From IMG/VR virus record IMGVR_UViG_3300045988_002593, positions 1-43,922 of that record: a stretch of 43,922 nucleotides of DNA; one strand, given 5' to 3'. How positions within the stretch are numbered: the first letter of the stretch is position 1; every line of letters starts with the position of its first letter. The notes below the pieces were generated by a model. That model did no database searches. It was not told the DNA's origin and saw only the letters and a list, made by a program, of their open reading frames with translations. Of this stretch, positions 27,278-36,144 are shown piece by piece. The stretch is from a virus (taxonomy: Duplodnaviria > Heunggongvirae > Uroviricota > Caudoviricetes). A program made the position numbers and the translations under genes.

Positions 27278-27789
27278 CTGGTAAATTTCCTCGCAAGATA
27301 CGTTATTTCTTCTTCACAAAGTTCATCAAGGTCGTTAGATACAAATCCTCTGGTGAATGTTTTGCTGAACTTTAATCCAGCTTTATCATTGTCGCCAGCG
27401 CATACCCAGTCATACGGCAAAAGTGACATTTGCTGCCGTAGGTCTGTTGATATATTTGACCCCAGTGCGCTTACAGCATTGAACCCGCAATTCATCAAGG
27501 CTACGGCTTTGAATATGCTTTCGGTAACAAATACCACCCCGCTTTCCGGCAAATACTCAAGCCCCCATAAACACGGCCTTGTTGTTCTGGTAAAGTACCG
27601 CGCGTCTTTAGGGTTTTTACAGTTCTTTTCGGCATGTGGTTTGTAATGCTGGTATCCGCGAAGCCTACCGTCAAACCCCCACAGGTAAAACGTAGCTACT
27701 CCAGGGGCTAAGACTACCTGGAGACGGTCAGCGTCAAACCCACGCGCCAGCAGATGAGCTTTAAGTAGAAACTCTTCGAAATCCATCAT
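27274..27789 (-). CDS. Toprim-domain protein (primase-like catalytic core)
   Basis: Motifs VFVTESIFKAVAL and CAGDNDKAG resemble the Toprim E...DxD signature; start overlaps the helicase stop. Confidence 0.5.
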   Translation of the reverse strand: MMDFEEFLLKAHLLARGFDADRLQVVLAPGVATFYLWGFDGRLRGYQHYKPHAEKNCKNPKDARYFTRTTRPCLWGLEYLPESGVVFVTESIFKAVALMNCGFNAVSALGSNISTDLRQQMSLLPYDWVCAGDNDKAGLKFSKTFTRGFVSNDLDELCEEEITYLARKFTR

Positions 27790-29216
27790 TTCTTACCTCG
27801 TCTCTTCATGTAATTAAGCAACTCTTCCTGTACCGATTTCTTCTCGTCGGTACGCGCGGCGACAACCTCGTCCAGAGTGTCTTTAGCAACGATGTGATAA
27901 AGGAACACCGGGCGCTCGTGACCCGCCTGTTTCTGGCGGACTGGGCCTATGCGCTCAACAACCTGCAAATAGTGCTCAAGGTTCCAGCCTTGCGAGATGA
28001 ACGCCAGATGATGACCCCCGTCCTGTAAATTCAAACCATGCCCGGCTGACGCAGGATGCACGCATAAAATCTCGATTTCCCCACGGTTCCACGCTTCCAT
28101 CTGCTTGTTCCCCCTAGCGCCTTTGGCGAACGCCTGTGCCTGTGGGAATCGCTTAAGGATACGCTCCAGTTCGTGTTTAAACTGATAGGCTACAAGCAGC
28201 GGCGCGCCCTGTAACTCCTCGACAATTGACTCAAGCGCATCCAGTTTCGTGTCGTGCACTTTCTCCCAGTCTTTGGTCGCTTCGCCGTCTGGTCCTGACA
28301 CATACACAGCACCGGATGCAATTTGCAAGCACTTCGACGTCTTCGCCGCGGCGTTAGCCGCTTCAACTTCCCCGCTCTCCAGTTCCGCAAATAACTTCTC
28401 CTCCATATCAATGTACGCCTGACGCGCTTTCTTCGGCAGGTCGATTTCGACCGGTACAATAATCGGCGCTTCACAACCGAACCATTCGGCGGGGTCTATG
28501 GTCAGGCTGATGTCTTTCATCTTCTGATGAATCTCATTATCTGCACCCGGGCGTGCGTGATATTCACGTGCCATAGCCGATTTGCCTTTCTGTACCGAGT
28601 TAAACCAGCGGTCAGTGAACGCTGTGTACGAAGAACCGAGGCGCTCGCCAGCGTCGATAAACCAGTTCTGCCCCCACAGGTCTTTGAGGCCGTTTGGTGA
28701 TGGTGTGCCCGTAAGGTTGATGAAACGCTTAACCTTGCCGAACGCAACCTTGCTAAGCGCCTTCGCCCTCTTGCTACCACCTGAACGGCTGCGGAACGAT
28801 TTAAGCTTCGTGCTTTCATCGGCAACGATAACGGTAAAAGGCCAGTCGTCTTTGCCGTAGTAGTCAATCAGCCACTCGATAACTTCGTAGTTAGTGCACA
28901 CCACGTTAGCATCAGACTCCAGCGCTGCGATGCGGCGCTTTTCTGAACCGGTTGCATCTACGACGCGCAGACAAGGGAATTTCCATTTCTCTTGTTCTGC
29001 AGGCCATGTACCGGACGCAACGCGCAACGGGGCGAGGATTAACACGCGGTCCTCTTCTGTAAGCTGCCCGTTGCGGAACAGCCGGTTAAGCACCCACATA
29101 GTGGAGGAGGTTTTACCCCCTCCCATGCCGCACCAGATATTACAGCGCGGGTGTTGCAGCATGAACGAGGTCATGAGCTTCTGGTACTCTCGACGGATAA
29201 ATTTAGACATACTCAA
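27786..29216 (-). CDS. SNF2-like superfamily 2 helicase
   Basis: Walker A GMGGGKTS, motif II DEST, motif III LTGTP. Confidence 0.8.
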   Translation of the reverse strand: MSMSKFIRREYQKLMTSFMLQHPRCNIWCGMGGGKTSSTMWVLNRLFRNGQLTEEDRVLILAPLRVASGTWPAEQEKWKFPCLRVVDATGSEKRRIAALESDANVVCTNYEVIEWLIDYYGKDDWPFTVIVADESTKLKSFRSRSGGSKRAKALSKVAFGKVKRFINLTGTPSPNGLKDLWGQNWFIDAGERLGSSYTAFTDRWFNSVQKGKSAMAREYHARPGADNEIHQKMKDISLTIDPAEWFGCEAPIIVPVEIDLPKKARQAYIDMEEKLFAELESGEVEAANAAAKTSKCLQIASGAVYVSGPDGEATKDWEKVHDTKLDALESIVEELQGAPLLVAYQFKHELERILKRFPQAQAFAKGARGNKQMEAWNRGEIEILCVHPASAGHGLNLQDGGHHLAFISQGWNLEHYLQVVERIGPVRQKQAGHERPVFLYHIVAKDTLDEVVAARTDEKKSVQEELLNYMKRRGKK

Positions 29217-29407
29217 CCCTTAACGTAGAGCACCAGCTCTTTACGCCCGAACGCCGTAACGTTACCAGTTACATCTTCGATAACCAGTTTACCGTTCGAC
29301 TCGACGAACACCGTATCAACGGCAACAGGGCGACGTGTCTTAACGTTGAAAATCATGTCGCCAGGTACGATGTCACGTGCTGGTTTGCGGTCATATTCGT
29401 GTTTCAT
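29213..29407 (-). CDS. Hypothetical protein
   Basis: ORF track; stop overlaps the helicase start; own promoter upstream. Confidence 0.5.
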   Translation of the reverse strand: MKHEYDRKPARDIVPGDMIFNVKTRRPVAVDTVFVESNGKLVIEDVTGNVTAFGRKELVLYVKG

Positions 29408-29437
29408 TTCTCAATTCCTTATATTGTTGGTGTAAGG

Positions 29438-29722
29438 CTAACTATAATAGTTCGCTATTAGGTCGTCAACCTGTTTAAACGAACCGACGACAAAAACATT
29501 TGCACCGCGTTTACGCATCCGCTCATGCTCACGTAACTGGTGTGGGTCTGGCTTCGTATTTTCGTCTTTCTTAACCTCGACGAACCAGACGATGCCGCCG
29601 GGGAGAATTACCAGCAGGTCAGGAGCACCGGAGCGCCCCTCGTAGGAAAGTTTACGAACGAGGCCACCAATGGCCTCGAATCGCTCTTTTGCGTATTTCT
29701 GAATCTTGCCTTCCGGGGTCAT
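29438..29722 (-). CDS. VRR-NUC domain nuclease
   Basis: Motif GAPDLLVIL...WFVEVKK matches the PD-(D/E)XK VRR-NUC signature. Confidence 0.65.
   Translation of the reverse strand: MTPEGKIQKYAKERFEAIGGLVRKLSYEGRSGAPDLLVILPGGIVWFVEVKKDENTKPDPHQLREHERMRKRGANVFVVGSFKQVDDLIANYYS
29441..29469 (-). promoter_or_regulatory. Promoter, TTGACR-17-TATAGT class
   Basis: Minus-strand -35 TTGACG (29464-29469), 17-bp spacer, -10 TATAGT (29441-29446); lies within the 3' end of the VRR-NUC gene. Confidence 0.5.
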
Positions 29723-29871
29723 GAGCGCAGAACCCAGGTTATAAACGCTCCTCCGAGAACGGCAACGCCAACAAACTTAAAGAACAGGCCGTAACAGAAC
29801 ATCGCAGCTATTCCCGCGCCGAGTAACAGTGCGAGCATGGTTACTATGGTCCAGAATACTAACATTGTCAT
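29719..29871 (-). CDS. Hypothetical membrane peptide (50 aa)
   Basis: Hydrophobic ORF; ATGA overlaps at both ends with neighbouring genes. Confidence 0.4.
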   Translation of the reverse strand: MTMLVFWTIVTMLALLLGAGIAAMFCYGLFFKFVGVAVLGGAFITWVLRS

Positions 29872-29957
29872 AATACGCACCCCTCACGTTTCGTATGCTC
29901 AATCCCGCAGCGCGGACAGATTCGGCAGTCTTCTTCGTATAACCAGTAAATTTTCAT
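29868..29957 (-). CDS. Hypothetical zinc-ribbon peptide (29 aa)
   Basis: CRICPRCG...EGC cysteine pattern; ATGA overlaps at both ends. Confidence 0.35.
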   Translation of the reverse strand: MKIYWLYEEDCRICPRCGIEHTKREGCVL

Positions 29958-30085
29958 TCCAGCACCCACAAATAAATTGCTACTAGCATACCCAATACGG
30001 CGACCATCATGCCGTATTGACCCTCGTGACAGTAGACACCAGCGGCGAATCCCGCCAGCACCGCGATACTTAGTTTACTTGGCAT
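29954..30085 (-). CDS. Hypothetical membrane peptide (43 aa)
   Basis: Hydrophobic ORF whose ATG overlaps the last codons of the polymerase gene; stop overlaps the next ATG. Confidence 0.35.
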   Translation of the reverse strand: MPSKLSIAVLAGFAAGVYCHEGQYGMMVAVLGMLVAIYLWVLE

Positions 30086-32246
30086 AACGCTTCATCTCCG
30101 CGCCTTCCGCTACAAGAGGGAAGCCCTCTGCCCACTCTGGCAACGCACACATTAATTTCTCCAGTTCAGCTACGTTGTATTCCGGCGTATCTGGAGTTTC
30201 ACATACCAGTTCATCGTGTACATGAAGTACAATAGGGTAGCCGTTTGCTTCTACGTTCAGCAGTGCATTAGCCAGCAAATCACGGCACAGCGCCTGCGTA
30301 CAGTTTTCCACGAGTTTACCGGAATATGTGTACTGGAACCCCCACTGTCGGGTTAGCTGATTTTCGCCCTGGTACTTGATGCGCACGTTAGTAGACACCT
30401 TCCCGTCTTCGTCTGTCTCTTTTGATACGCTTAACCCGACGCCTGGATAAGACATAACACGACCCGACGGCAGCGTCATACGCAACCACCAACCAGCGAC
30501 TTTGTTGCCGTTGTTATCTGTCTCTACGTTACGCGAAAACTTAACCCCGCGCGGCCCTGCGGTGAACTCTTTACCCGGATTGCGGATAGCCGCCATAGCT
30601 GCATCTTCAATATCGCGCCAGAATTGGACTATTGCTGGGTTAGCTTCCCGGTACATGCGCTTTAAAGCGTCACAGGTGCGCCAAACTTTCTTATCAAGAA
30701 TATATGATGGTCGGTCATCTTTTTCACCAGGACGTGGCGGTCGCTTGGCTTCCTGAATACGCGCCCATTCATATCCTCGTGCGGTAGCGGCCCAGATATG
30801 GTCAGGGAAAGTCCCGTCTAAAGTACGGGCCATATCGTTCAAATCAAGCCCTAAGTTTTTAGCAAACGTGACGAAAGCCCCTACACCCCCCGCGTAACCC
30901 AGTCCGAGAACCATTGCTTTGGCTATTTGTCTTTGGTCCTTTGTTACGTCGTCATAACTAACGTTGAACACGGTTGATGCGAGTTTCTTATACACATCAA
31001 CCCCGTTTACAAATACTTCTATTAAATCGTCTTCGCCAGCCAGCCACGCCAAACCACGGCCTTCAACGTTAGAGTAATCGGCTACGACAAACTTATGCCC
31101 TGCTTCCGGGATAATACAGCTACGAACCGTCGACGCCGTTAGCTTGGCTACGTCGAAACGGCGATGCGCACGACCCTTAAGTAGCGCTGAAATGCCCTTA
31201 TCCAGTTCATCATCGTGATAGTACCCGCGCGCCAGGTTCTGTGGTTGGAAGCCTTTACCTGCGAACCGTAACGTACGCTTGGCCCCACCGTACTGGATGC
31301 AACCACGGCGGCGGTCGTCCGACGAGCGACCCAACAGCAGCGGGTTATATTTCGTTGACGCAGTGGACGCGGCCCCGAGGCGCATTTCTATAATTGTGCG
31401 GGCGTCGTCGGGTAAATCCTCATCCGCCAGCAGGTCGTTAAGCGTTGACTTCTGCGCGTTGTGGATACGGTGCGCTGGCGCAAGTTCACGCAGAATCGGC
31501 AGGAAGTCCTTACCAGTAAGAGAGCCACCGTATTTTCGTTGGGCTTCTTCCTGTAACTGCGCCTTGTGCTTCTCCACGGCTTCAATCGCGGCTTCTGCCA
31601 GTGCAACGTCAACCTTAAACCCGCGGTCATTTATTAACTGGTCAAGTTCCAGTACACGGTCTTCGAACTCGGAGTTACCCCAACGTGGCAGCTTATGGAA
31701 GACTTCACGCATCGCGGTGATGTCGCTCACGGCGTACTTGATGAACAGCGCCCACTCGTCCGGGTGTGTTTCTGCGGTATAGCGTCTGATTTTGTAGTTC
31801 TTCGGTGTCGGTTTAGAGAAACGCTGAATCAGCGCCTTGCCGCGTTTATCTTTCGCGTTGTCGGCGGATACGCCCAACACTTCGCACAAGGCATCCAGTG
31901 AACCTGGCAGCGCGTGACGAAACGCCCAAATCATCGTATCAATGGTGTTGCTTACGGGAATATCAAAACCCCAGCAGTGCTTCATGATGAGCCTATCGAA
32001 CATTGAGCCGTTGTGCCACACCATCTTGGTGCGGCTGTTTGGCTTAACCAGGCGGCGCAAGGCGCGGTGCAAATCTCCCGGCATGTCGCTGCCGTCGGTG
32101 CAATCCCATACCTGTACAGGCTCGTCATCAAAGGCATATGTGCAGATTAGCACTTCGGTTGACGGGTGTTCGGCGTAAGCGTAGGAGCCGACTTTCTTTA
32201 AATCGGCTTCGGAGAATGTTTCAAAGTCTAAGAACAGGTAACTCAT
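30075..32246 (-). CDS. DNA polymerase, family A, with 3'-5' exonuclease domain
   Basis: Exo I motif LFLDFETFS; polymerase motif A DYSNVEGR, motif B K...YG (KAMVLGLGYAGG), motif C HVHDE. Confidence 0.9.
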   Translation of the reverse strand: MSYLFLDFETFSEADLKKVGSYAYAEHPSTEVLICTYAFDDEPVQVWDCTDGSDMPGDLHRALRRLVKPNSRTKMVWHNGSMFDRLIMKHCWGFDIPVSNTIDTMIWAFRHALPGSLDALCEVLGVSADNAKDKRGKALIQRFSKPTPKNYKIRRYTAETHPDEWALFIKYAVSDITAMREVFHKLPRWGNSEFEDRVLELDQLINDRGFKVDVALAEAAIEAVEKHKAQLQEEAQRKYGGSLTGKDFLPILRELAPAHRIHNAQKSTLNDLLADEDLPDDARTIIEMRLGAASTASTKYNPLLLGRSSDDRRRGCIQYGGAKRTLRFAGKGFQPQNLARGYYHDDELDKGISALLKGRAHRRFDVAKLTASTVRSCIIPEAGHKFVVADYSNVEGRGLAWLAGEDDLIEVFVNGVDVYKKLASTVFNVSYDDVTKDQRQIAKAMVLGLGYAGGVGAFVTFAKNLGLDLNDMARTLDGTFPDHIWAATARGYEWARIQEAKRPPRPGEKDDRPSYILDKKVWRTCDALKRMYREANPAIVQFWRDIEDAAMAAIRNPGKEFTAGPRGVKFSRNVETDNNGNKVAGWWLRMTLPSGRVMSYPGVGLSVSKETDEDGKVSTNVRIKYQGENQLTRQWGFQYTYSGKLVENCTQALCRDLLANALLNVEANGYPIVLHVHDELVCETPDTPEYNVAELEKLMCALPEWAEGFPLVAEGAEMKRYAK

Positions 32247-32260
32247 TATTTTCGACCCTT

Positions 32261-32286
32261 AGTAAAAAGGCCCAATGAAGGGCCTT
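32261..32286 (-). terminator. Intrinsic terminator downstream of 32306-32935
   Basis: AAGGCCC/GGGCCTT stem with a 6-nt loop; T-tract on the minus strand. Confidence 0.55.
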
Positions 32287-32305
32287 AGTTAAACAGATTC
32301 AGATA

Positions 32306-32935
32306 TTAACCACGGCGACGACGTTCGCGGCGTGGTGCTTCATCCTCTTCGTCGTCTTCCAGGTCATTGACGCTCGCGGCGACTTTAGAACCGCCGAACG
32401 CTTTACCTTCTCCAACGTACTTAATTGCCAACAGGTTAACACCGAGAACTTTGTATTTCTGACTGAACCAGATTTCTACGCTTACGTTAGCAACGCAGCC
32501 ACTGTAAACCTGTTCACCTTCAATCTGTTCGCCGTCTACATTGAAGTCCTGCTCTACCTGAGTCTCACCTTTTTTAGAGGTTACAATCAGCGGCTGCTTC
32601 TGTGCCTTCGCTTTGAAGTAGAAGCCTTCCGGGAAGTCTTCAAACGGATTGTCACGCTCGGCAATGTCTTTAATCGCACATTTATCCATGTGCTTACCTT
32701 CGCCGTAGTTGGACTTCATCCACTTCTCGGCGGCGGCTGCACCTAACGCTTCTTCAACTACAGCGTAAACGGTGTCGTAGAGCGCGTCGATTTGCGCGTG
32801 GTCGGACGGCAGGATAATAGTCGCGCTGTACTGACCTTTAGTGATTGAACCATCATCATTTTCACGGTCTTTTTCGCGTTCGAATACGTTAACCCAAGCA
32901 GTGTTTACTTTACGCAGATTTAATTTCAGTCCCAT
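32306..32935 (-). CDS. Putative ssDNA-binding / annealing protein with acidic C-terminal tail
   Basis: Acidic tail DLEDDEEDE; sits in the recombination cluster near the Cas4-like nuclease; function inferred weakly. Confidence 0.35.
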   Translation of the reverse strand: MGLKLNLRKVNTAWVNVFEREKDRENDDGSITKGQYSATIILPSDHAQIDALYDTVYAVVEEALGAAAAEKWMKSNYGEGKHMDKCAIKDIAERDNPFEDFPEGFYFKAKAQKQPLIVTSKKGETQVEQDFNVDGEQIEGEQVYSGCVANVSVEIWFSQKYKVLGVNLLAIKYVGEGKAFGGSKVAASVNDLEDDEEDEAPRRERRRRG

Positions 32936-32990
32936 TTCTCGATTCCTCAGTTTTCAGTTTACTCCGGGAGCTGCCCGGCCAGTGATTAGA

Positions 32991-33019
32991 ACTATAATAG
33001 CTAACTATTCAGGTGTCAA
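32991..33019 (-). promoter_or_regulatory. Promoter, TTGACA-17-TATAGT class
   Basis: Minus-strand -35 TTGACA (33014-33019), spacer with GAATAGT, -10 TATAGT (32991-32996); leader contains hairpin CCGGGAGCTGCCCGG (32964-32978). Confidence 0.55.
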
Positions 33020-33208
33020 ATAAAATTTCGCAATACGGACTATGTTCTCGAAATCATTCATATCAACAGGTTCGAATTCATCCTCCACATGGTTGTATCG
33101 CACCATCGTGCCGTTCAGGAACGTAAACGATTCCGAATGGATATAACCGCCCCAGCGCCATATCATCACAAAATCTTTATCTGTGGGCATTTCATTTACT
33201 TGAATCAT
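33005..33208 (-). CDS. Hypothetical protein
   Basis: ORF track; start overlaps the upstream gene stop. Confidence 0.5.
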   Translation of the reverse strand: MIQVNEMPTDKDFVMIWRWGGYIHSESFTFLNGTMVRYNHVEDEFEPVDMNDFENIVRIAKFYLTPE

Positions 33209-34446
33209 TATAAATCCTCCTCTGTTACCCTATTCCACTCAGGACGTTTGTCGTCTGCCGTTGCAACACATGGTGCGCCTGGCTTACGGGTAATGAAGTC
33301 TTTCAGTTCTTCTTCCGGTATGACTTTAACCGCTTCGGTTGGCGTCATGAGCACTTGCTTCATTAGCGCTATGCCATACTTGCCAGCCACTTTCTCTGCA
33401 TCTTTCCACGCACGATTACCCGGGCGGCCTTCAACCAGCTTGTACCCCGGCACTTTCTTACCGGAATGCAACGCGGCAGCCATCGCTTTCTCAACCTTGT
33501 CGATGTGCTGGCGCAACAACGGCAACTTCTCATACTCAGCTACGAGTTGCTCCGGCGTAAGTTCCAGGGCAAAGTCGTCCTCCAGTTCTTCCGCCAGCAC
33601 AGAGTTAACCGTCTTTGTACGCGCGGCGCACTGTTCAGAGAACCGGCACCACTGACAACCATCAACCGACGGCTTGAAGTCTGACGCTTTCAGGTTCTTC
33701 TTGCCACGGTGATAAGCATCAAGCGCTAACAGTGCGCGTTTCTGTGCGAACTTAGCGAACAGCTCCATACCTTCAACCGAGATGTCCCACTCCGACGCGC
33801 CGCCAGTGTACGGCTGGAAGATTACCAGACGAACAACTGTTATGTTATAACGTCTCTTGAGTCGGCGATAAACACCGAGAGCGTAAAGCATAAGCTGCTT
33901 GTTTTCTTTCGCTTCGACGCGATGCCGCCCGGTTTTCAGGTCGCCGATAATGAGCATGTGCTCGTCGGTGTTTGCCAGTTCCTGGACAGCAACGAGGTCA
34001 GCGGTTCCGAACGTCTCAACGCCTTCATACCCCGGATGCAATACCTCAGTAAGATTGACACGCATTTCCAGCTTGGCGTAAGTCGCTACGTCTATAATCG
34101 CTTTGCAGTAGTCGGTGTACTTGCGCACCTGCTCAATCATGTCCGCCGTAATCAGTACCGCGCCTTTCATCGGGCTGATTAGCGCCTTAATCTGACCTTT
34201 GCCTTCATCCAGTACGTAAGCGCCGACTTCACGCTCCAACGGCAACGCAGTGCCGCGTATATAGGCGTTGAGATGGACCTCAGCTATGGTGTGCATGGCG
34301 GTTCCTAATACAGCGGCTTTACCCGACGTGTTAGGGGTATCTTTTTCACACGCCAGCGACGCAGCGCATGACAGCCACTTTTTAGCGCCTGACGGTGACA
34401 GTAAGGCGTGTACATCATTATTGCCGCCTCGTTCTTTTAGAATCAT
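33208..34446 (-). CDS. Cas4-like / RecB-family PD-(D/E)XK exonuclease with Fe-S cysteine motif
   Basis: IIGDLKTG and QLMLYALG motifs; N-terminal Cys plus C-terminal C-x2-C-x5-C (CQWCRFSEQC). Confidence 0.6.
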   Translation of the reverse strand: MILKERGGNNDVHALLSPSGAKKWLSCAASLACEKDTPNTSGKAAVLGTAMHTIAEVHLNAYIRGTALPLEREVGAYVLDEGKGQIKALISPMKGAVLITADMIEQVRKYTDYCKAIIDVATYAKLEMRVNLTEVLHPGYEGVETFGTADLVAVQELANTDEHMLIIGDLKTGRHRVEAKENKQLMLYALGVYRRLKRRYNITVVRLVIFQPYTGGASEWDISVEGMELFAKFAQKRALLALDAYHRGKKNLKASDFKPSVDGCQWCRFSEQCAARTKTVNSVLAEELEDDFALELTPEQLVAEYEKLPLLRQHIDKVEKAMAAALHSGKKVPGYKLVEGRPGNRAWKDAEKVAGKYGIALMKQVLMTPTEAVKVIPEEELKDFITRKPGAPCVATADDKRPEWNRVTEEDL

Positions 34447-34703
34447 TATTTAGCCTCCTCCGGTAGTTCTGGTAAATACATCCAGTGTGTTATACCCATC
34501 TCGATATACCGTTTCGTATATAACTGATTTCCGTTTTCATCCAGCCCAGCAGTAATGTCGTCGAAATAGTCCTGTATATGCACAAAATCAATTCCGCCTT
34601 CCGGGAACCCATTATCGTCACATTTACTTCCGTCTACTGAGCAAACTAAAACAGAATCATCTTTTGACTCTGGTAGTGCTTCGTTTACGCTAACCCAATT
34701 CAT
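34446..34703 (-). CDS. Hypothetical protein
   Basis: ORF track; translationally coupled overlap. Confidence 0.45.
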   Translation of the reverse strand: MNWVSVNEALPESKDDSVLVCSVDGSKCDDNGFPEGGIDFVHIQDYFDDITAGLDENGNQLYTKRYIEMGITHWMYLPELPEEAK

Positions 34704-34972
34704 ACCCTGTTATCCCACTGGTCAATTAAATGTCGTGTCTTATGGTCGCAGTGCATGGCCCACCCATACATCGACTCGAAGACATAAAAGTCAGGCTTGG
34801 CGAAAGTTGTGCGCTTAATCTGTGACACGTGACGGCCTATATCTTTAGGCCGTGGTACTTTTCCTAAGTACGCCATCTCTTCCATCTGGTGCGCACCGGA
34901 CGGAGCACGCAATAGCCATAGCGCCTCTGTGTTATCCCGCCTGTCGACGGCTCGGTAGAGTTGGTAAATCAT
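34700..34972 (-). CDS. Hypothetical protein
   Basis: ORF track; translationally coupled overlap. Confidence 0.45.
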   Translation of the reverse strand: MIYQLYRAVDRRDNTEALWLLRAPSGAHQMEEMAYLGKVPRPKDIGRHVSQIKRTTFAKPDFYVFESMYGWAMHCDHKTRHLIDQWDNRV

Positions 34973-35015
34973 AATTCCGACCCTCAGTTAAAGCGGCCCG
35001 AAGGCCGCGAGATAG

Positions 35016-35540
35016 TTATTCTTCTTCGAAATACTTGTTCTTGATTGCTGTCAGGCGTTCCAGGTACTCAACCAGGTCTTCGTCTTTAATCGCGGCAATC
35101 TTCATCTTCTTACCTGTGAACTCTTCCAGCAGTTCATCAGAATCATCGCACGCGGCATCGCTAGGACCTTCATTAATTGCATCGTCGATGGCCTGAATCT
35201 GGTCACGCAGAGACTTGTAATCGACTTCTTCTTTCTCTTCTTCCGGTTCTGGCGCAGGTTCCTCTACTTTAGCTTTACGCGGCTTGCGTTTTGGCTTCTC
35301 TTCTTCTTCTTCTGCCGGTTTGGTGTCAACTACGTCTTCACCTTCAACCGGGATTTCTTTTGTTTCTTCTTTTACAACAGTAGGCGTGATTGTTGCAGTT
35401 TCTGCAACACCACTGTCGACGTCTTTACCATATTGCGCAGTGATAGCCTTCGGCAGTTCAGTACGGCGTGCACTGTTCGCAGCAATCAGTTCATGTGCAA
35501 CTACGAAACGTTCCAGTAATACTAAGAATTTCTCTAACAT
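35016..35540 (-). CDS. Hypothetical acidic, low-complexity protein
   Basis: E/K/P-rich central stretch flanked by acidic regions. Confidence 0.5.
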   Translation of the reverse strand: MLEKFLVLLERFVVAHELIAANSARRTELPKAITAQYGKDVDSGVAETATITPTVVKEETKEIPVEGEDVVDTKPAEEEEEKPKRKPRKAKVEEPAPEPEEEKEEVDYKSLRDQIQAIDDAINEGPSDAACDDSDELLEEFTGKKMKIAAIKDEDLVEYLERLTAIKNKYFEEE

Positions 35541-35564
35541 TATTTATTCTCCTGTTTATTTGGG

Positions 35565-35792
35565 TTACTCGCCGTCGCCTTCTGTAAGGCTATCGTCTAT
35601 TAATTCAAATTTACCGTTTGGGTGTTGAATAGCTTCTTGCCCGCAATGGTCGCAGACAACAAGTTTATCGAACCCATCAAACTCGTCCCCGACTACGCAA
35701 GAAAGTACAAATTTATGTTTTGTGCACACTTCCTGCGATTCTCCGAAAATTGCTAGAAAACCTTTAGCTATGGCTCCCGTTATTGTGTTCAT
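35565..35792 (-). CDS. Hypothetical Cys-containing protein (possible zinc ribbon)
   Basis: C...C and CDHCG cysteine pairs; first gene after promoter 35821-35849. Confidence 0.5.
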   Translation of the reverse strand: MNTITGAIAKGFLAIFGESQEVCTKHKFVLSCVVGDEFDGFDKLVVCDHCGQEAIQHPNGKFELIDDSLTEGDGE

Positions 35793-35820
35793 ATCCGCCC
35801 CTCTCGTTTGGTATGGGCTA

Positions 35821-35849
35821 ACTATAATAGCGAACTATTCACATGTCAA
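35821..35849 (-). promoter_or_regulatory. Promoter, TTGACA-17-TATAGT class, in the divergent control region
   Basis: Minus-strand -35 TTGACA (35844-35849), spacer with GAATAGT, -10 TATAGT (35821-35826); overlaps the first of two 16-bp direct repeats. Confidence 0.55.
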
Positions 35850-35913
35850 TGGGCTTTTCTAAAATAATTAATATGGTACTATTCACATATCAACTGACTA
35901 AGGAGTAATTGAC

Positions 35914-36129
35914 ATGCAACCATCTGAACTAGGTATCCGTGTAGAACAACGCCGTAAAGAACTCGGCATCTCCCAGCGCCGTTTGGCGGCCCTGACCGGC
36001 GTTTCCCAGGGCGCGATTAACCAACTGGCACTTGGAGTAACTCAGGACGTCCGCCCGGCAACGCTGTTCAAACTGGCGGAAGTTCTGGAAGTAGACGCCA
36101 AGTGGCTGGCGTTAGGTGAAGGGGCTTAA
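35914..36129 (+). CDS. Cro/CI-type HTH transcriptional regulator
   Basis: Motif LGISQRRLAALTGVSQGAINQL; lone + strand gene in a minus-strand block; RBS AAGGAG. Confidence 0.65.
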   Translation: MQPSELGIRVEQRRKELGISQRRLAALTGVSQGAINQLALGVTQDVRPATLFKLAEVLEVDAKWLALGEGA

Positions 36130-36144
36130 AGCCCCTTTCTTTTT
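36121..36144 (+). terminator. Intrinsic terminator after the HTH gene
   Basis: GGGGC/GCCCC stem with TTAAA loop followed by TTTCTTTTT. Confidence 0.6.

Noticed and set aside
31279-31782. 167-aa plus-strand ORF and neighbours inside the DNA polymerase gene
   Set aside because: Antisense to the polymerase, whose motifs are unambiguous; Ser/Arg-rich low-complexity translations typical of shadow ORFs.
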